From positions 32,001 through 96,000 of the forward strand of contig QMRC01000003.1 in the NCBI GenBank assembly GCA_003649205.1: a stretch of 64,000 bases of DNA, in the 5' to 3' direction. The notes beneath the pieces were generated by a model that was not told the DNA's origin, did no database searches, and saw only the letters and a program-made list of their open reading frames with translations. The position numbers were made by a program, and so were the translations under genes. The DNA comes from Thermoprotei archaeon. Lineage in GTDB: Archaea; Thermoproteota; Thermoprotei; Thermoproteales; B15-G16. This document shows, piece after piece, positions 59,578 to 64,000 of the stretch (position 1 is its first letter; each line of letters opens with the position of its first letter).

Positions 59578-61908
59578 TCACCTCCTTAGGTACTTTGAAC
59601 ATACCTCATGAAGTATAACCTCAAGAGTTGACCAATCGAGATCAGAGGACGAAGTACCTACCTCAAGTAACTTCTTCAAAACCTCAACAGCTATCTTATC
59701 TAGTAGCTCGAGAACTCTCCTATTAGTGGTACCTAGTACCTTGCAGTACTCACTCGGTTTCCTAAGGAGCTCATCATAGTTAAGACCAAGGTACTCAGCT
59801 ACTGCTCTACGTATTGATGGCCAGCTAGATGTATCATACCTCATAATTACGACTACGGTTTCAGCAAGCTCGTCGCTATCAGTTGGTGTCTTACCAAATA
59901 CATGCAGTCCCTTTTCTACCTGAGTACTCTTAATGAGTTCTAAGTACTTATGGAGTTCAGATACGATTTCATCCTCAGGTAAGTCTATCTTGAGAGGAAT
60001 ACCTAGCTTCTTGATCCTGGACACTAGTTCCCTATACAGCTCACTAGCACGTGATGTATCACTGAATCTACGAGCTCTCTCATACTGTTCCAGTAATTCA
60101 TCGAGTTCCTGGAGCGCTGAGTCAGTGAACATCATAGGTGGGTACATGTGGTCTATAATGATAGCGTAGCCACGTCTCTTAGCTATGACACCCTCCATAG
60201 GATTAGTCACGATGTAGATGTAGAGAAATGGTACGTCATCAATCGTTATCTCTGGCCAACACATAGGTGATAAGCCAACACCTTTTCCCGGTCTAAACTC
60301 GAGAGTGCCGTGCGTACCGAAGTGAATCACTACGTCAGCTCTAAATATCCTTGTAATCCATCTGTAGACAGCAAGCCACTGATGTGGTGGAGGAATCCTC
60401 GGGTTATGAAGTATCTTACAGACTCTACCATCACAAGCTGAACCTGCACACCCAAACTTAGGTTGAGGGATGATGACCACATTACCGAACCTAATTCCAG
60501 GAACGATGAACTTACCCTCGTAAACAGCACCAGCAAAAACCCTATCAACTTCACCACCTAGGATATCTCTTGGATCCCCCCACTCCTTAATCATCACCTC
60601 TCTAACACGTTCAGGTAATTCACTGAACCACCTCATGTACGTATCGAGATCTACAGAACCAACACAACCACCACGCTTAACAATGTCATCAGGTGAAGTC
60701 CATCTAAACTCACTCGTAGCTCTCTTCTCAAGCATCAACTCAATTAACTCCTTACCACTCTTCGGAAGCTCACCATCACCTAGGTAGTAACCTAACTCCT
60801 TCAACCTATGTAGAAACCTAACCAAACTCTCAGGAACGTCGAGACCCATAGCAACACCAATTGTTGCCTCAACTTGCTTACAAGGAGGATTATTGAGAAC
60901 AATAGCAATTCTCCTTTCACTAGGAGGTTTACGTCGAAGCTCAATCCACCTCCTAACTCTCCTAGCAATGTACTTCACGTGTGGAGAGAAAACCTCATAG
61001 ACTTTACATCCACCAACCTCCCTAGCACCACACAAGAAGATAGGCTCTCCAATACCATCGACTTCAGGCATAATAACTTCCCATACCTGAGCCATACTGG
61101 AAATACCTTGCTCGCTAGCAAGCCACTCCTCAACAGATCTATACGACTCCTTAACTACCTTGAGGACAGGAACACCAAGACTCCTAAATACATCCTCACA
61201 ATCCAAGTAAAAACTGAGGAAGGATAATATCAAATCAACAACAGGTCTACCATCCACCATAAAGAAGGTACGTACAGTATCAGCTACCGAGGGCTCACCA
61301 AGTACACCTAACCTATGGACACCAGGTGTAAAGACAGATACAACACCTAGCTCCTCATCCTCTAAAGCCTTGATCAACTCCACTACAGGAGCAACATCAC
61401 CATAGAGCCACCGAGACCTGTAGAATAGGATCCCAACGAGAGGTCTAGTTGAGTAGGGGTACTGCTCAAGGTACTGCTCTAGATCTGTGAACGTACCTAG
61501 CTCAGGATGCCAAATACCATGCCAGGGTACAGGTCTCGGATCAGGAGGTTCCTTAGGGTACTTACCTAAGATCCAGAGCAGGTACTGTATGAGGTACCTC
61601 AGATTCTCAACACCACCATACCTAAAGTACTGAATAGCTCTCTCAACCACGTGACTAGGTCCTTTACATAGATGCGAAGTAGCTTCAGAAGCACCAATCA
61701 CGATGCTACACCTATCAATGATCTTACTCAACAATGGAGGTACTTCATATGTATACAGGAACAATACCTCTACGTCTCTTAGCGCATGCTCGGGGATCTC
61801 GGTACCGGGAGAGAACACAGCTACGGTGCTACCGAATTCACGAGCAAGATCACGTAGCACAGAGAGAGCAGGATTGCCGTATCCAATGACAAAGACTAGC
61901 GAAGGCAT
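59578..61908 (-). CDS. CobN/ChlH-family chelatase, N-terminal part
   Basis: MPE.DG, GLDVPES, PPPHQWLA.Y, HFGTHGTLEF.PGK, EG..AKRR. Confidence 0.92.
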   Translation of the reverse strand: MPSLVFVIGYGNPALSVLRDLAREFGSTVAVFSPGTEIPEHALRDVEVLFLYTYEVPPLLSKIIDRCSIVIGASEATSHLCKGPSHVVERAIQYFRYGGVENLRYLIQYLLWILGKYPKEPPDPRPVPWHGIWHPELGTFTDLEQYLEQYPYSTRPLVGILFYRSRWLYGDVAPVVELIKALEDEELGVVSVFTPGVHRLGVLGEPSVADTVRTFFMVDGRPVVDLILSFLSFYLDCEDVFRSLGVPVLKVVKESYRSVEEWLASEQGISSMAQVWEVIMPEVDGIGEPIFLCGAREVGGCKVYEVFSPHVKYIARRVRRWIELRRKPPSERRIAIVLNNPPCKQVEATIGVAMGLDVPESLVRFLHRLKELGYYLGDGELPKSGKELIELMLEKRATSEFRWTSPDDIVKRGGCVGSVDLDTYMRWFSELPERVREVMIKEWGDPRDILGGEVDRVFAGAVYEGKFIVPGIRFGNVVIIPQPKFGCAGSACDGRVCKILHNPRIPPPHQWLAVYRWITRIFRADVVIHFGTHGTLEFRPGKGVGLSPMCWPEITIDDVPFLYIYIVTNPMEGVIAKRRGYAIIIDHMYPPMMFTDSALQELDELLEQYERARRFSDTSRASELYRELVSRIKKLGIPLKIDLPEDEIVSELHKYLELIKSTQVEKGLHVFGKTPTDSDELAETVVVIMRYDTSSWPSIRRAVAEYLGLNYDELLRKPSEYCKVLGTTNRRVLELLDKIAVEVLKKLLEVGTSSSDLDWSTLEVILHEVCSKYLRR

Positions 61909-61917
61909 ATGCAACTA

Positions 61918-61946
61918 GTAATACTGTTTAACGTAGATAGTATTTA
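61918..61946 (-). promoter_or_regulatory. Candidate NikR-style operator over the cobN-like promoter
   Basis: Plus strand GTAATAC-N15-GTATTTA (core AATACT-N13-AGTATT); overlaps the minus-strand TATA TTAAATA (61941-61947). Confidence 0.55.
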
Positions 61947-61975
61947 ACAGTTAGACACAGTAAAAAGAGGTGTAT

Positions 61976-62704
61976 TTACTCAACATATAGCACAAAACCA
62001 CTACCACCAGTACCTAACCTCTCAGGATACTTCCTACTTAGGTACCTCACAGCACCTAATCCACTACAGTGAAGTGGGTAAATTTTCTCAACACCTAACT
62101 CAACAAGTTTATCAAGACTATACGATGTAGGTGAGTGAAAACCACCAATAACAGCCACGGGGATCCCACCTATATCTTTAAGCACCTTCTCAACAATGCG
62201 TTCAATACCGGGGTGTGAACAACCACACAGAGTAACCAACTTACCACTCCTTACCTTAATGGCAAGAGCTATCTCGTAGAGACCAAAAGCTCCACTAGAT
62301 AACTCACCTACAACGTAAACTCCATCAGCAATCAGTGTTGTGGAGTGTACGGGCACTGGAGTGAGACCTAGATTACAGACGTAGTCAAGTAGGTAGCTAT
62401 GAGCAGGTACGTAGATAGGTCTACCTCGACAGAAGTTAGCAATCGCTTCAAGACCACCACTATGATCGTAGTGGTCATGGCTAATCACAATAGCATTGAG
62501 AGTAGATAAGTCAATACCTAGCTTCTCAGCATTGTACACCAACCTAGAACCATCAGTATCAGTATCGAATAGAACCCTCACACCTGGGGTCTCAACATAG
62601 ATTGAAAGACCCCAAGACGTGTAAAGGTCTTCTCGATAGACATTATTATCTATCACAACAATTACCTTAACCCAATCTGTATAGGAACGATACATCACAA
62701 ACAT
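61976..62704 (-). CDS. MBL-fold metallo-hydrolase (MJ0301-like)
   Basis: WGLS, LFDT, SHDHYDHSGG, GCSHPG, GGFH, HCSG. Confidence 0.88.
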   Translation of the reverse strand: MFVMYRSYTDWVKVIVVIDNNVYREDLYTSWGLSIYVETPGVRVLFDTDTDGSRLVYNAEKLGIDLSTLNAIVISHDHYDHSGGLEAIANFCRGRPIYVPAHSYLLDYVCNLGLTPVPVHSTTLIADGVYVVGELSSGAFGLYEIALAIKVRSGKLVTLCGCSHPGIERIVEKVLKDIGGIPVAVIGGFHSPTSYSLDKLVELGVEKIYPLHCSGLGAVRYLSRKYPERLGTGGSGFVLYVE

Positions 62705-62858
62705 CAGTACCTAAGTGGGTGCTATAAAAATTAGACAAAGCCTAAGGACTTGAGAGCAATCTCGCTGATGACATCTACATCAGCGATCAAGGCTACATCA
62801 CTTCAAGCAGTCAGGTACACGTCTACCACGTAGTAGGTACCTGTAGGATGTAGATGAG

Positions 62859-62908
62859 TCAGCAAACACCACCCTCATCCTTAAGTCAGAGTGTAGGATT
62901 CTCATCAC
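62859..62908 (-). ncRNA. Box C/D guide sRNA (likely 23S L1-stalk targets)
   Basis: C GTGATGA, guide GAATCCTACACT, D' CTGA, C' AGGATGA, guide GGGTGGTGTTTG, D CTGA. Confidence 0.88.
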
Positions 62909-62991
62909 GGTAGAATGAGTAGTTACGCTTAGTGTTCAATGAGTGAGGTTCGTAAAAAAGATACCTCTGTTCCAGTGATCTATTCTACTCC

Positions 62992-63855
62992 CTATTTTGT
63001 GAGGAGTGTGGTTGCTCTCTGTAGTGTTGTTACGAGTAGATCTGCTGTTGCGCCAAGTATCTCAGGTACCAGGTACATCGTTGTGAAGTTCTTTAGGTAT
63101 GGCTTCAGTACATCAACTAATTTCGTAGCTATCTGTGGTGGTATTGGTCTATTCCTCCAGTGCCAATGTATGTGTACCTCAGCTACTCCTGATCTCTGAC
63201 ATAGCTCACTAAGCGTCTCTAGCTCGTACTTAAGGAGATCTATTGCCTCACCTTCACTTAGGTTGTACCTAATCTGTAGCGCTGTTACTAGTTGTGATAT
63301 GTCAAGTACTGGAATCACCTTCGTGGGTATGGTATCTACCGTCTTGAGGAGAAGTGCTAGGTCTGTCAGTGTCGAGATTACCTGTGGTCTCCTCATGGTT
63401 GGTGCTCCTGTTCTAGGCTCTATAGCTATAGCTACCTTATCTCCTAAGCTCTGTACCTGGTTTGCTAGTTCAATCAATGCTTTCTTAAATGCGCTTAGAG
63501 GTACGAAGCCTGGATGAAGCTCAATACATACCCTGTACTCCAGCTTACACAACTCCTCAGTTAGTGCTTTGATTCTGTTGATGTACTTACTACACTGCTC
63601 ACTCGATGTCCATGGTGGATTCATGTACTCTGTATGTAGTACGACAGTGACATCTAGATCCCTAGCTACGTTCCTTAACTCGGTCATGATCTGCGTACAG
63701 ACCTTAGCTCTCGTATCTACATCAGCCGCTCTATCTAGCGATAGCGGGTAGAAGATACCACAGCTTCTAGCTCTCAATCTCCTCAATTGTGTTGTGAGTA
63801 CTGGTACCCTAGCTGTTCTCCAATTCCACAGCGGTAGTACTGGAACAACCTGCAT
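62992..63855 (-). CDS. Hypothetical protein, possible xylose-isomerase-like TIM barrel
   Basis: IELHPG, IAIEPR, VLDISQ, EVHIH spacing resembles AP-endonuclease-2 metal ligands; SD GAGGTG. Confidence 0.55.
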   Translation of the reverse strand: MQVVPVLPLWNWRTARVPVLTTQLRRLRARSCGIFYPLSLDRAADVDTRAKVCTQIMTELRNVARDLDVTVVLHTEYMNPPWTSSEQCSKYINRIKALTEELCKLEYRVCIELHPGFVPLSAFKKALIELANQVQSLGDKVAIAIEPRTGAPTMRRPQVISTLTDLALLLKTVDTIPTKVIPVLDISQLVTALQIRYNLSEGEAIDLLKYELETLSELCQRSGVAEVHIHWHWRNRPIPPQIATKLVDVLKPYLKNFTTMYLVPEILGATADLLVTTLQRATTLLTK

Positions 63856-64000
63856 GTAGACACCTCTTCAGTACTTTAATTTAACTAATTTAACTCTGGG
63901 TTTTTCCAATTTTCCTAAGGGTCTAAGGTAGCTTGTACGTAGTTTATAAGTGTATGTGTTACCTACTCAGTGCTTTCTGCGCTTTTCTCTTACCTTGTTT

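Noticed and set aside
56039-61908. Chlorophyll Mg-chelatase or photosynthesis
   Set aside because: Crenarchaeal context with no bch/chl genes; ChlI/D-type ATPases commonly partner CobN-like proteins.
1-64000. Numerous 60-140 aa ORFs antisense to or nested in long genes
   Set aside because: Shadow frames of well-supported genes, with no motifs or SD sites.
1-64000. CRISPR arrays, rRNA genes, IS elements, inteins
   Set aside because: No spaced repeats, long GC-rich RNA blocks or transposase motifs seen; AtpA and RFC-S are of normal length.
44147-64000. Intact integrated element at tRNA-Glu
   Set aside because: No integrase and no repeat of the tRNA 3' half was seen within the window.

Overview
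Gene-dense chromosomal window from a hyperthermophilic crenarchaeon, most likely Thermoproteales-related (long-form L13e, archaeal TFB/RFC, GGAGGTGA-type ribosome-binding sites; inference). Positions 1-44.2 kb are mostly housekeeping: atpA(partial)/B/D, NagA/SIS, DeoC, RsmB/NOP2, HisS, two ribosome-associated GTPases, RFC-S, TFB, L13e, PAC2, Hsp20, GGPP synthase, Prs, SufB-like, and tRNA-Glu(UUC). The region after the tRNA is more accessory: an NhaC-like pseudogene, MATE, MNT-HEPN and a ~11 kb metal/tetrapyrrole module. That module is the best candidate for an undescribed system. An ABC importer with a tandem double binding protein and a frameshifted Gate-domain membrane protein converges on a split, Cys-rich CobN-like chelatase plus a ChlI/D-type ATPase. 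Both promoters carry the same 7-15-7 inverted repeat (GTAATAC-N15-GTATTAC-like, NikR-style), which suggests metal-repressed uptake and de-/re-metallation of metallotetrapyrroles. About 11 complete box C/D guide sRNAs lie between or overlapping genes, and three genes appear to start at CTG. All family calls and rRNA target matches are by eye and from memory; no searches were run. No CRISPR, rRNA, IS or integrase was seen.
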